DNA of 64,000 nucleotides, from the NCBI GenBank assembly GCA_963701665.1, contig OY969622.1, positions 992,001 through 1,056,000 of the forward strand, read 5' to 3'. The first letter of the stretch is position 1, and every line of letters starts with the position of its first letter. This DNA comes from Candidatus Babeliales bacterium (lineage in GTDB: Bacteria; Babelota; Babeliae; Babelales; JANWKD01). This document shows positions 40,469 through 50,629 of this stretch, piece after piece. Position numbers and translations under genes: made by a program. The notes under the pieces are model-generated. The model saw nothing but the letters and a program-made list of their open reading frames with translations. It was not told where the DNA came from and made no database searches.

Positions 40469-40486
40469 AGTTTCAGGAAGAGAGTT
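40469..40486 (+). repeat. 18-bp direct repeat of the sbcD 3' end (37962-37979)
   Basis: AGTTTCAGGAAGAGAGTT identical at both positions. Confidence 0.75.
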
Positions 40487-40510
40487 CAGATTACAACCTC
40501 CACTTTCTTT

Positions 40511-40753
40511 TTAATGTATGTCTTGTTTCGTTATCAACTGAGCCTGTAGGTCAAATAATTCTTGTTCCAATTCTGTCATTTTTAGGAACGCTTTGTCCTG
40601 TTCATCAAACATTTCTTCGGATATCTCATGATTCTTGTCATCACCATTGATGGGAACTACGCCATGTCGAAAAATTAGATTTTTAAATTCTTCGACGTGG
40701 GATTCCATCCTGATTAATATTTCATTCCGTTTTTGCTCATAGGATTTGTTCAT
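40511..40753 (-). CDS. Small hypothetical protein
   Basis: 80-aa helical ORF with AGGGA RBS, co-oriented with the foldase genes. Confidence 0.5.
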   Translation of the reverse strand: MNKSYEQKRNEILIRMESHVEEFKNLIFRHGVVPINGDDKNHEISEEMFDEQDKAFLKMTELEQELFDLQAQLITKQDIH

Positions 40754-40782
40754 GTTAGGTTCCCTAAAAAGAGAAAAGTTAA

Positions 40783-41808
40783 TTATTCAACTGCTGAAAT
40801 AGAACTGAACGAACGCAATTCTTTTTTATATTCATCAATCATGTGTTGTAATTTTGGCATACGCAGCGTGTGCAAAATTTCACGATACCGTTTTTCTAGA
40901 GGGATAACGCGCGCTTCTTTTTTGTTAACTAAGCGCAGCACTTCAAAACCGCCATCGACAAGCTGTGCTGGCGCACATTCGCCACGCGCTAACTGTGTAA
41001 TATACTTTTTCTCATCGGCAATATCATTTTCTTTTAGCCAGAACGGCTCGCCCCAACGAATCGATTCAGGACTTGTTTTAACACGTTGTTCTAAATCCTG
41101 CTTTTGAGCTTCCAATGGTTGTGACGTATCAAAAGGAATGTAGGCAACTTGTAATTGATATTTTGCAGCCTTAATTTTCGGATGTGCCTCATAGTATTCT
41201 TTGATTTCATGTTCAGGCAGATAGATGCGGGACATAATTTTTTGTTCAATCATCGTATTACCCGCGCCCATTTTTTCAAATTCTTCAAGTGCACCTTGCG
41301 GGTCTAATCCTGCTTCTGCACAAATTTTATCAAAGACTTCATCAGTTAACTTATGCTGTCTTTTAATACCCTGAATATGTTTTTGTGCAAACTCAGTGAT
41401 GGGAATTTTATGTTTGAGCGCATCTTGATATATTAACTCTTTGTCAACTATCTCATCGGCAGAAGGAATTTTGCCATCAAAGCCGGGCGTCTCTAATTCG
41501 CTGCGGGTTATATAATAGCGCCGTTCAGGCCCGTCAACAATACATGAAACTTCGTTAATGAGAAAACGCTCTTCTTCTATCTGTATGTCAGCAGGCACTT
41601 CTTCTGGCACCTCTGCACTTGGTAATTGTTCTTGAATGTCTTGTTCTGCTACCTGCGCATTTGGCAGTTGTTCTTGAATTTCTTGCGCATCTTGGGGCAA
41701 TGGCTCCGTGTTTGATTGTTCATCACCCATAAGCGTTCCCATGAATAAACTAAAAACAATTGTCGTTATGAAAGAATAGCGTCTGTTTTTCATGAAATAT
41801 GCTTTCAA
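40783..41808 (-). CDS. SurA-like periplasmic chaperone / parvulin PPIase
   Basis: Signal peptide; INEV..IV.G..IT.SEL SurA-N pattern, EIKEYY, degenerate rotamase region; start probably MKNRRY. Confidence 0.6.
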   Translation of the reverse strand: MKAYFMKNRRYSFITTIVFSLFMGTLMGDEQSNTEPLPQDAQEIQEQLPNAQVAEQDIQEQLPSAEVPEEVPADIQIEEERFLINEVSCIVDGPERRYYITRSELETPGFDGKIPSADEIVDKELIYQDALKHKIPITEFAQKHIQGIKRQHKLTDEVFDKICAEAGLDPQGALEEFEKMGAGNTMIEQKIMSRIYLPEHEIKEYYEAHPKIKAAKYQLQVAYIPFDTSQPLEAQKQDLEQRVKTSPESIRWGEPFWLKENDIADEKKYITQLARGECAPAQLVDGGFEVLRLVNKKEARVIPLEKRYREILHTLRMPKLQHMIDEYKKELRSFSSISAVE

Positions 41809-41812
41809 TGCG

Positions 41813-41843
41813 CAAAGGGGAATTGCGGTACAATTCCCCTTTT
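41813..41843 (-). terminator. Intrinsic terminator-like hairpin
   Basis: AAAGGGGAATTG-CGGTA-CAATTCCCCTTT. Confidence 0.65.
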
Positions 41844-41864
41844 GTTATTGGTTATCAATGTTTT

Positions 41865-42902
41865 TTACATTGCTTTCATTGGAGCAGCAGCTCTAGTTGG
41901 CATCTCTTGTTGTGCAACCATTTCTGGTTCTGGTGCGGTTGTTTTCTTTTTGCGTTCAAAATAATCTTTGTTAACAGAAACTTTATAATCTTGCGCTAAT
42001 TTTTCTAACTCTTTATTTAATGCTTCAGCTATTTTTTGCTGTTTGAGCATATTTTCAATGCCAGCTTTTACATCTTCAAAAGGAACATACTGTGGTTCTT
42101 TTTTGCCTGTCGCTTTTACAACAGCAAATGATGTACTGTTAACTTCAATTAACTCTATTGATGGGAACTTCTTAAATTCAAGAAGTTTCTTTCTAATAGC
42201 GCCATCTACATTGAAGCTTTGATTGCCAACTTCGCCAAAATCTTTCACCGGAAGATTTGCATCTTTTGCTGCAGTTTCAAAACTTACAGCGCCATCTTTT
42301 ACTTTATCATAGAAGGCTTGCGCGGCATCTTTAGAATCGAACATCACGCCTTGCGCTGTAACGCCGCCTTGGGAAAGCATCAACTGAGGAATGCTGTTTT
42401 TGTTGTCATTATAATATTGTCTGACTTCAGCATCGGTGACTTTTACTGGATATGCTTCTTGGAAATATTTAACATTCAAACTACGACGAGCAAACTTGCG
42501 AATTTTTTCTTCATCTTTTAGGTATTCAGGTTTCTTATCAATGCCATTCTTTTCAACCCATTCAGCAAGTACGAGCTCATTTTTTAAACCATCAAAAATT
42601 TGCTCTTCTGCACCTGGCATCATTTCAAACACAGCTTTATATTGAGGTTGTGCTTCTAGAAACTCATTAATGTAATCTTCAAAATCTTTGACCGTTGCTT
42701 TAGGCGTTTTACCATCATACATAGTAATAAGTACTTCTTCATTCCCACCTTTTGGCGCACTCATCGGCATTGATGTGCTTTTATTCTCCATCTTCATGTC
42801 TGTTGCAGATTCTTTTGTCTCTTTTGATTCAAATAAACTGCATTGAGGGAGTATAGCAAGTGAGGCGAGTGCAATCATAAAGACATACTGTTGTTTTTTC
42901 AT
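41865..42902 (-). CDS. PrsA/PpiC-type foldase lipoprotein
   Basis: AAGGA RBS, lipoprotein-like signal ending LPQC, VTDAEVRQYY, SFETAAK, PFEDVK..I. Confidence 0.7.
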   Translation of the reverse strand: MKKQQYVFMIALASLAILPQCSLFESKETKESATDMKMENKSTSMPMSAPKGGNEEVLITMYDGKTPKATVKDFEDYINEFLEAQPQYKAVFEMMPGAEEQIFDGLKNELVLAEWVEKNGIDKKPEYLKDEEKIRKFARRSLNVKYFQEAYPVKVTDAEVRQYYNDNKNSIPQLMLSQGGVTAQGVMFDSKDAAQAFYDKVKDGAVSFETAAKDANLPVKDFGEVGNQSFNVDGAIRKKLLEFKKFPSIELIEVNSTSFAVVKATGKKEPQYVPFEDVKAGIENMLKQQKIAEALNKELEKLAQDYKVSVNKDYFERKKKTTAPEPEMVAQQEMPTRAAAPMKAM

Positions 42903-43142
42903 TTGTATTCCTTGTCGTGAAGGGGGGTTACTAATGTTTAATCCTTTTTTTGCTAGAGTAGCATATATCGATGTTTCTTGCAAAACTGCTGTTCGCTCAC
43001 ACAATTAGCATGCTCAAAATTTATGGTCCATTTCTTCAAATTTTAACTTCATGAAATAGTTTACTTTTTAGGCAAGTGATATTAGAATTGCTGCAATTTA
43101 TACATCAAATTTTTCTAACAATTCTAAACAATAGGATAGGCA

Positions 43143-44531
43143 ATGCAGCTTCAAACTCTTCTTAATTCCAAAAACACCGATACACCATTAGCTTTAACAT
43201 TTTTATTCCGCGCCACCTTAGTTTTCAGCTTGTGGTGTAGTGCAACATACTGCATGGAAGACCCGCTTAATGTAAAACAGAAATTACCAACAGGTTCTAA
43301 TAAAAATTCTGGTATCAAAAAAGAACTTATAGGTCTAATACAAAGTTTAAAACAGGAACAAAATGGCCTTATAGGCTCAGCTCAATTTGGTGTTGAAAGG
43401 GAAGAAGATCAAGAACCTTTAAGAAGTGAATTGGTTGAAGAACTCATTAATGAAAGCCCTCATCGAATAAAAAAACTTATTAGTGATATCAATAAAAGAC
43501 AAAATCCTGACGATTTATTTCAGAAAGCTCCTTATATGAGCAATATACATGTTTTAGTCGGTTCTCCAGGAACTGGTAAAAGCAGTCTAGCAAAGGCTAT
43601 TGCAAAAAAATGTTCTATACCTTACCTTTTTGTCGCGATTCAATTGTTATCAAATCAATATCAGCATTCTGGCTCAAGCAATCTTGCAAGTATTCTTGGC
43701 CCCTTATCAAGGAGTAAAAAGCCCGAGGTAATTATACTGGATGAGCTACAGACAATTGTCAAAAAAAGAGGTAAAGAAGATTACGATATGGAAGGCGCTC
43801 AATCATTGTGGAAATTCCTTGATACTTTTAAAAACAAAAAAAATTTATTAATCATCGCCACTGCAAATGATCTTGATATTTTACCTGATCAAGTCCGTAG
43901 TCGCATCAAAGTAGGAATACACGACATAAGTCTTCCCGATCAATCTAAAAGAGAAAAAATTATTTCTTATTATTTACATCTTTATTCGCCTTCCTTGCAA
44001 GCTGTTCCCTCACCATCTGAAATTCAGTTTTTAGGATATAAAACCAAAAAATTCACACCGCGTGACTTAGAAACCATGATACGAGCCGCATTATCCAATG
44101 CTCACGACCGTTCAGGCGATGAAATTTTAGTTCTTGATAAAAAAGACTTTGATGCCGCTATTGCACTGGTAACAAAAGATGATGAAAGATTTTCAATCTC
44201 TAAAAGAACTTACAAAATGATTAAGCCACATATAGGAACTACTATTCAAATTATGGGCCCACTAACCATACAAATAATAGTCAATAGTTTTATGCAATAT
44301 TGCGGCATGAATCAACAAGTCCTGTTTCATAACGAAAGCATAGGGTTGCAAAGAGAGGGATTAGACTTACAAAAGAAAAGCTTTGCACAACAAGAGAGAT
44401 TCCACAATGAAAACAAAAATCTCACCTTGGAACATTTCAGAACACAGCTCATATGTCAAATTGTAGGCAATATACCTGGAGCTATTTATCATTGGTATTA
44501 TGGTAGTTCCACTCAACCAAAACCCCAATAA
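43143..44531 (+). CDS. AAA+ ATPase with signal-peptide-like N-terminus and C-terminal hydrophobic/coiled-coil tail; first gene of toxin-like locus 2
   Basis: Signal ending TYC-MED; GSPGTGKS, IILDELQ, ATAND, VRSRI, FTPRDL. Confidence 0.85.
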   Translation: MQLQTLLNSKNTDTPLALTFLFRATLVFSLWCSATYCMEDPLNVKQKLPTGSNKNSGIKKELIGLIQSLKQEQNGLIGSAQFGVEREEDQEPLRSELVEELINESPHRIKKLISDINKRQNPDDLFQKAPYMSNIHVLVGSPGTGKSSLAKAIAKKCSIPYLFVAIQLLSNQYQHSGSSNLASILGPLSRSKKPEVIILDELQTIVKKRGKEDYDMEGAQSLWKFLDTFKNKKNLLIIATANDLDILPDQVRSRIKVGIHDISLPDQSKREKIISYYLHLYSPSLQAVPSPSEIQFLGYKTKKFTPRDLETMIRAALSNAHDRSGDEILVLDKKDFDAAIALVTKDDERFSISKRTYKMIKPHIGTTIQIMGPLTIQIIVNSFMQYCGMNQQVLFHNESIGLQREGLDLQKKSFAQQERFHNENKNLTLEHFRTQLICQIVGNIPGAIYHWYYGSSTQPKPQ

Positions 44532-44543
44532 CCAAAATTACTC

Positions 44544-47500
44544 TTGAATACATATTTTATGAAAACATTCAAACTATATTCTATCTTTGCCATTTTTGCG
44601 TATCTAACCTCAACTGCCATGGATAACAAAATAGTTATCCATGGACCTACTTACGATACTGATAATGAACAAAGAAAATTCATTACTCCTTTTCAACGAA
44701 ATACCGCAGCAAATTTTATTCCGCCTGAAAGAGATATTATTGCTATCCCAACATCATCCAAAATCAATACGGCACTTTCAGCAATACAGTGCATAGCATC
44801 ATTAGAACAGGCACATTTAGAACAACAATTTAATACGTGTGTTGATATATTAAGCCAAGCAAATCTTTCCGAGTCAATAAGTGCTATTTTATCTCTTGGT
44901 GATCTTCAATTTCAACGGTGCAACATACTTGATGAATCTTCTGTTGAATATCAGTATTATTTGAAAACAACAATTAATGACCTCAATTATATTCTATATG
45001 ATAAAACAGGCTCTCTTCAATTAACATCAATACCTTCTCAGCAATATGACTCTGCAAAAGTAATAACCGATGACTTTTTAAAACCATTACGGCCAGACGA
45101 TTATAAAGAAATTGTAGAAAAGCTTGCTTTGTTAAATCGACCAGGATTTGCAGAAGTTCATCAAGAACTGACACAAGGAGGTATACGGCCATACTTCCGC
45201 GCATTAGGTAGAGGAATTTCTGCATGTTTCTCTTATCAAGAATCATCTGATAGGTTGAGAAAACTCATCAATGGCAATGATGTTAGAAAAGATCTTATAA
45301 AAATTAAGGAATATGGAGAACAATTCAAATTTTTGCAAGCAAAGGCTATTGTTGAAAAATATGATAATGCTCAATCATCAAGTGATAAAAAAATAGCTGA
45401 TATTGCTCAACAACTTTATCTTGAATATATAGACAAGACATATGATCTTTTGATCGAGAGACTTCACTTAACACCATCACAAGAATTAAAACAAGAATTA
45501 CGTGACCTCATACCTTATATAGTTGAAAAACCCGCAAAAGCAGCCGAACTCTTTTATGAAAAATTAGAACAATACAAAAATAATGAAAAACAATATGGAC
45601 TTTTACAACAGCTCATCAATAAGGTTGGATTACCTAAATTTTATAGCTATGATCGTACATGTTTAAATGCTATCGAAATTCCCACTACTATTCGTGATAG
45701 CAATCACATCAAAGAACAACAAACATTATTTTCACTTGCGACATGTCCCACACATGACAAAGAAGCCCTTGCTTTAGGAATGAGATATGTTGTTAGATCA
45801 TGCCAAACCGAATCATCATTATACACTCATTATGCCAAAGCACTGCTTCATAGCGTTCAATCAAAAGATCCCGATACGAAACTTTTGAAATGTACCGATT
45901 TTACTCAAACATTTGACGTCAAAGCAAAACAGGATATGATCCGTCGAATGATTCCTGCCATCTGCAACATAACAAATGAGATTAACCAACTCAAACAGCA
46001 ACCAGGATCAGAAGAACGCATTAAGCAATTACAATCACTACGAACAACACTACATGATGCATTCCAAGCTTTGGATGATACAGCATCGAAACGAATATCA
46101 TTTAATAAGGTAATAAGTGAGGCAATACGCGAACTCAATGTACTTAATCGTTCGGAGATGATCCTCACAAAATCACAAGAAGATCTGCGTGCTTTACTGC
46201 AAAGCGTTGACCTTCTTTATACAGGAAAAACAGAAACACATAATCTTCAAGTATTGCAAAAATTACAACCTCAATCTAGCCATGCTCAACCTGATTTAAG
46301 CAAAACCTATGAGCAGTATTTGATGCGGGAGACACTTGATAATAAAGATTTATGGACTGAGGCGAATGACTCTCTGCGCAATGAGGTTATTAAGCACTAT
46401 ATAGCATCATCACAAGATGAGGCTCTCCAAGAAATAGAAACAATTATTTTAAATCGTGATACCAATTGCACCATAGCTAAAAATATTTTTACTGTTATTC
46501 AAGATAGCGCTACAATAATCGCAACTGATTTTCCTCTCAAAGAAATTGGTGATTATGCTCATGAAACGATTACTCATCCAACAGCATATTTATTAAATAT
46601 CGCAAAAGATTTTGCACAACTAGGTCATTTTCTGAAATCATTTGTTTCTGATTATGCAAAAAATAATATCGCTTCTTTAGGTGCAAGCAAAAAAGATGCT
46701 TATGAATTTAGCAAAAAATATAATGAGGCTGTTCATAAATTTGCTGAAGGCTGGAAAAACTTAAGCCTAGAGCATAAAAAGGAATTTGTAGCAAAGCTAA
46801 TCGTTGATCTTGCTGCAAATAAAGCATTAGGCATTGGCGCTAAACTTATCAGCAACATTATGGGAGACTGCATCATATCATTTGTTGATACACTTCCCCC
46901 TTCAATTTCAGGTGGCGGTGCAGTCGCTATTACACGAGATATCGCTTTAATGCCTGAACTTGTCGCAGAAGTAGCGGAAGTTATTCAAGCAGGTGGGGCA
47001 GCTGTTGGGTCAACGTCAGTGGCAGTTGGTTCAACAGGAATACAAGGTATAGTTACATTGTATGAGACAACCCCAGGTAAAAATAGCAAATCATCAAAAA
47101 TAATACCCCAAGGCTCATATGAATTGCCTATTGAAAAATTCAAAGCATATACAACGATTGTTGAAGATGGTAATCCCAAAATTATTGAAAGTACCTTTAG
47201 TACTGAAGAAGCATTAGAAATTTTGAATAATTCTTCGGAATTAAAAATGTTAAATTCTCGAATCGAAGAATTAAAGAAAGCAACACAGGATATCAGATTC
47301 GGAATTTCAGATGAGAGATTCAAAGATGTCCCAAAATTATATGAAAAAGCAATGCATCAAGCTGAACAATTATATGAAAGAGCAAGAAAAAATAATAACG
47401 ATATTCAAAAAATTGCCTACAATATTGGTATATCTGAAAAAGTAATAGAAAAAATTAAAAATCATATTTTTATTGAAGAACATATTCTCGGTCATGGCAA

Positions 47501-47708
47501 CGAACAATTTTTATCAAAATTTTTGACTGATATTGATATTGCCGAAAGTTGGGAACGACTTATAAATGGTAATTTTGTACAATCAGATTTGATTTTGTTA
47601 CAGCACGAATTAACCGAATCACTCCTGATGCAAGGAACAAAATTAAATTATGGTTCTGCTCATTATAAAATCGTAAATAAAATATTTAATTGGAATGCTA
47701 CCTTGTAA
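44544..47708 (+). CDS. Large exported protein with putative C-terminal toxin domain
   Basis: Signal ending STA-MDN; Gly/Ala-rich hydrophobic stretch then tip Y..R..DI.KIA.N.G.S..I.KIK.H.F...H...F..D..IA.SW.RL..G...D..LL.HE..E...Y..AH...NW, a pattern I recall from Rhs/MuF-type toxin C-termini. Confidence 0.65.
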   Translation: MNTYFMKTFKLYSIFAIFAYLTSTAMDNKIVIHGPTYDTDNEQRKFITPFQRNTAANFIPPERDIIAIPTSSKINTALSAIQCIASLEQAHLEQQFNTCVDILSQANLSESISAILSLGDLQFQRCNILDESSVEYQYYLKTTINDLNYILYDKTGSLQLTSIPSQQYDSAKVITDDFLKPLRPDDYKEIVEKLALLNRPGFAEVHQELTQGGIRPYFRALGRGISACFSYQESSDRLRKLINGNDVRKDLIKIKEYGEQFKFLQAKAIVEKYDNAQSSSDKKIADIAQQLYLEYIDKTYDLLIERLHLTPSQELKQELRDLIPYIVEKPAKAAELFYEKLEQYKNNEKQYGLLQQLINKVGLPKFYSYDRTCLNAIEIPTTIRDSNHIKEQQTLFSLATCPTHDKEALALGMRYVVRSCQTESSLYTHYAKALLHSVQSKDPDTKLLKCTDFTQTFDVKAKQDMIRRMIPAICNITNEINQLKQQPGSEERIKQLQSLRTTLHDAFQALDDTASKRISFNKVISEAIRELNVLNRSEMILTKSQEDLRALLQSVDLLYTGKTETHNLQVLQKLQPQSSHAQPDLSKTYEQYLMRETLDNKDLWTEANDSLRNEVIKHYIASSQDEALQEIETIILNRDTNCTIAKNIFTVIQDSATIIATDFPLKEIGDYAHETITHPTAYLLNIAKDFAQLGHFLKSFVSDYAKNNIASLGASKKDAYEFSKKYNEAVHKFAEGWKNLSLEHKKEFVAKLIVDLAANKALGIGAKLISNIMGDCIISFVDTLPPSISGGGAVAITRDIALMPELVAEVAEVIQAGGAAVGSTSVAVGSTGIQGIVTLYETTPGKNSKSSKIIPQGSYELPIEKFKAYTTIVEDGNPKIIESTFSTEEALEILNNSSELKMLNSRIEELKKATQDIRFGISDERFKDVPKLYEKAMHQAEQLYERARKNNNDIQKIAYNIGISEKVIEKIKNHIFIEEHILGHGNEQFLSKFLTDIDIAESWERLINGNFVQSDLILLQHELTESLLMQGTKLNYGSAHYKIVNKIFNWNATL

Positions 47709-47719
47709 TTGGAGTTAAT

Positions 47720-48031
47720 ATGGGAAAAGGAATAGATATCATAAAATATAAAAGCTCAAATAATATTCATTATTACTATATAGCATTTGGTGATTTAATT
47801 CCTGTGTTTTATATAGCCATTAATCCCATTAAAAATACTGTTTCATTTTTTAAAGATAATGATTTTGCTCAAGAACCAATAGGGATCATTGATTTTAACA
47901 ATCCAGATCCTTTTAAATCGATACCAAAAATTCCTGATGTACACAAAAATTATATTTTAATGACAATTACTAGGGCGCGTTTAGCGATAAACAAAGGAGA
48001 ATTTCATGATTATATCGGCTTTTCAAGTTAA
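47720..48031 (+). CDS. Small protein, candidate cognate immunity protein
   Basis: GGAG RBS, ATG 11 nt after the toxin-like stop, 103 aa, no signal peptide, very AT-rich. Confidence 0.55.
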   Translation: MGKGIDIIKYKSSNNIHYYYIAFGDLIPVFYIAINPIKNTVSFFKDNDFAQEPIGIIDFNNPDPFKSIPKIPDVHKNYILMTITRARLAINKGEFHDYIGFSS

Positions 48032-48148
48032 GTGGACCTAATTCAATACTATTTTTTAAAGATAATTCATCCAATATATTCAAAATATTCTAATGAAGAA
48101 TACACATATCTTTTTGATATACCCATTATGATTACAAAAGAGTAAACA

Positions 48149-49090
48149 ATGAAAGCACCTAAAATAATTCAACCGACAGTTAGCATAGATTGTGACTGTT
48201 GGTGCACTTCGAAACTGGCCGTTGAAAACAATAAATTTTATTTCGGTACCTTCGGTGGTACACTCAATTTTGGAGATATTAAGACTAAAAATATTATTGA
48301 AACTCCTACTAAAGAACAAATCGAATCAGTCGCAGTATATAAAGATTATGTTTTCGCCGCTGGCGACACTTTTATAGGTATGTTTGACAAAGTAACAGGT
48401 AAACTATTATATGAATTTCCCCAAGGACATTTGGGATGTATTCATGGCTTGATTACGTACAAAAATACTTTAATATCTGGATCCGATGAAATTAAAATTT
48501 GGGATTTAGAAACTAAAAAATGCTTGGCAACCTTAGAATGCTCTAGAGAATTAGTACAATCTCTTATTATAAAAGATAACTTTCTGATTTCTGGTCATGA
48601 TAAAGGAGTCATTAGAATATGGAATCTTATTTCAAAAGAATTAGTTCAAATATTGCATGAACATAGTTGGAGTGTTAAATCTCTCGCCATAAATGGTAAT
48701 ACCATCATTTCAGCCACTGGCGATCAAACAATCAAAATATGGGACTTTCATTCTGGAAAATGCCTTAATACTTTAGTTGGCCATAATACACCGATTACAT
48801 CAATTGCTCTACATAAAAATTATCTCTTTTCAAGCTCAGAAGATGCATTACTAAAAATATGGGATTTAAAACAAGGACTGTGTTTAAATAGTTTGAAATT
48901 AGATGACCAAGTTCTTCAACTCGTTGCTGATCAATATTTTTTATATACTATTTCGGACTACTCCTTTTTCCATCAATGGAGGTTAGATGATTTGATTACT
49001 CATGAACCTCTCGAAGCATTAATTCCTAAGGATTATTATGTAGAAAAATCTAGATTAACACATATTTCCTATGTATATAAAGGTGATTAA
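48149..49090 (+). CDS. WD40-repeat beta-propeller protein
   Basis: Repeated GH...LISGS.D..IKIWD units (IKIWDLE, IRIWNL, IKIWDF, LKIWDL). Confidence 0.9.
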   Translation: MKAPKIIQPTVSIDCDCWCTSKLAVENNKFYFGTFGGTLNFGDIKTKNIIETPTKEQIESVAVYKDYVFAAGDTFIGMFDKVTGKLLYEFPQGHLGCIHGLITYKNTLISGSDEIKIWDLETKKCLATLECSRELVQSLIIKDNFLISGHDKGVIRIWNLISKELVQILHEHSWSVKSLAINGNTIISATGDQTIKIWDFHSGKCLNTLVGHNTPITSIALHKNYLFSSSEDALLKIWDLKQGLCLNSLKLDDQVLQLVADQYFLYTISDYSFFHQWRLDDLITHEPLEALIPKDYYVEKSRLTHISYVYKGD

Positions 49091-49092
49091 TT

Positions 49093-49515
49093 ATGGAAAC
49101 CCAACATTATGTTACTGAAACAATTAAACCTCATACTTATCATTGGACCATAACAATCACCGCACTTATATTCTTGATAAGCTTGTTATATTTTATTTTT
49201 CAATTTTTTCCAACCTATTATCATTTACGCTTAGTTTTTAAAACAGCCGAATATAATTTTACTCTTGGCAATTATACAGAAGCAATAAAAGGATATACCC
49301 TCATTTTAAAAAATTTTAACAGCTTTAAAATGGCAAAAATAAAAAAGGTACAAGGATACTTTCCATTAGGCAAAAAACAAAAAGCGCTAAAATTACTATC
49401 TAATATGGAACTAACTCATAATGATTTAGAGTTATTAAAAAAATATATACCATTTGATTGTCAACATCATTTTCAACCAAAAACGAACATCATAGGATAT
49501 AAAGTCATATGCTAG
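49093..49515 (+). CDS. Single-TM protein with TPR-like motif
   Basis: N-terminal TM; AEYNFTLGNYTEAIKGY. Confidence 0.6.
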   Translation: METQHYVTETIKPHTYHWTITITALIFLISLLYFIFQFFPTYYHLRLVFKTAEYNFTLGNYTEAIKGYTLILKNFNSFKMAKIKKVQGYFPLGKKQKALKLLSNMELTHNDLELLKKYIPFDCQHHFQPKTNIIGYKVIC

Positions 49516-50036
49516 CACTATTAACATTTCCAGGAATAATCATTCATGAAATTGGGCATAGATTTTTCTGTGATATTCTGAATATAAAAGTTTATGAAGT
49601 CATGTATTTTAATCTTGCACGGGATATTAGTGGTCATGTTATACATGAAATAACCCAAAATGTTCATAAACAATTTCTTATTGCTATGGGTCCTCTTCTT
49701 ATTAATACTTTTTTTTGCATGTTATTCACTTTCCCCTATAGCTTGCCTAACTATTGGTTTGGAGAACAATTAGAATACTCACAATTTATAAATGCATTAT
49801 TTTTAATCATGTATTGGGTAGGATTTAGTGCTGGTGTCCATGCTTTTCCAAGCAATATAGACTTAAACAGCTTAGAAAAAACATCTAAAGAATATTATTC
49901 TGACTCTGTATTAACAAATTCTATCTTAGGAAGCTTACTTAATTTTTTTCGTATAATTGAACCAATAAAATTTTTATTGCAATTGATGTATGCTTTCTCA
50001 ATTAGTCAATTTTTACCATCATTAATATTGCCATAA
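49509..50036 (+). CDS. Membrane zinc metalloprotease-like protein (HExxH, M50-like)
   Basis: FPGIIIHEIGH, IAMGP, AFPS..D within hydrophobic segments. Confidence 0.7.
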   Translation: MLALLTFPGIIIHEIGHRFFCDILNIKVYEVMYFNLARDISGHVIHEITQNVHKQFLIAMGPLLINTFFCMLFTFPYSLPNYWFGEQLEYSQFINALFLIMYWVGFSAGVHAFPSNIDLNSLEKTSKEYYSDSVLTNSILGSLLNFFRIIEPIKFLLQLMYAFSISQFLPSLILP

Positions 50037-50127
50037 AAACAAAGCAAAAATATCGTCTCATATTTACTTTTACTAAAAAAAAGATACGATCTTAGCGATT
50101 CACAAACCATAACACAAAAGGATTACC

Positions 50128-50469
50128 ATGAAAGTCTTATTCAGCTTAAAACACACATTTCTTGTTTTAACATTTGTCTTTTTAGTACCTGCAAGCTGTT
50201 CTGCTAGGGTTCAATCACCTATTACTGTTTCTGAAAGCATCGGGTGGACTATAGCAGGCGCAGCATTGATAGCATCAGGACTTTGCATCGTTAACGAAAT
50301 ACCATTAACTTCTCTTGATGAAATTTCTTTGTCATTTCGCAATCAATTAAGTAAAGAAAATCTGAGAAAATTACACCTCGGACGTGCAATACAGGGATAT
50401 ACATTAGCTGGCGTTGGATCAATTATAAGCTTTCTTGGTGTATGTGCATTGATCACCGCCAAAAAATAG
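50128..50469 (+). CDS. Small membrane protein
   Basis: Signal peptide plus two hydrophobic helices; AAGGA RBS. Confidence 0.6.
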   Translation: MKVLFSLKHTFLVLTFVFLVPASCSARVQSPITVSESIGWTIAGAALIASGLCIVNEIPLTSLDEISLSFRNQLSKENLRKLHLGRAIQGYTLAGVGSIISFLGVCALITAKK

Positions 50470-50629
50470 ATAGTGCTATGTTCTACACAGAACAACTATT
50501 GATGCAGATTTCAACGCGAGTAGTGCCTCATCCAGCAGCTATGTTGACTATAAAAAATTAAAGGTCATGAAGAACAATATAACATTTTATACGGTTCTAA
50601 TCATGACCCTTAATGTACAACAATTAAAA

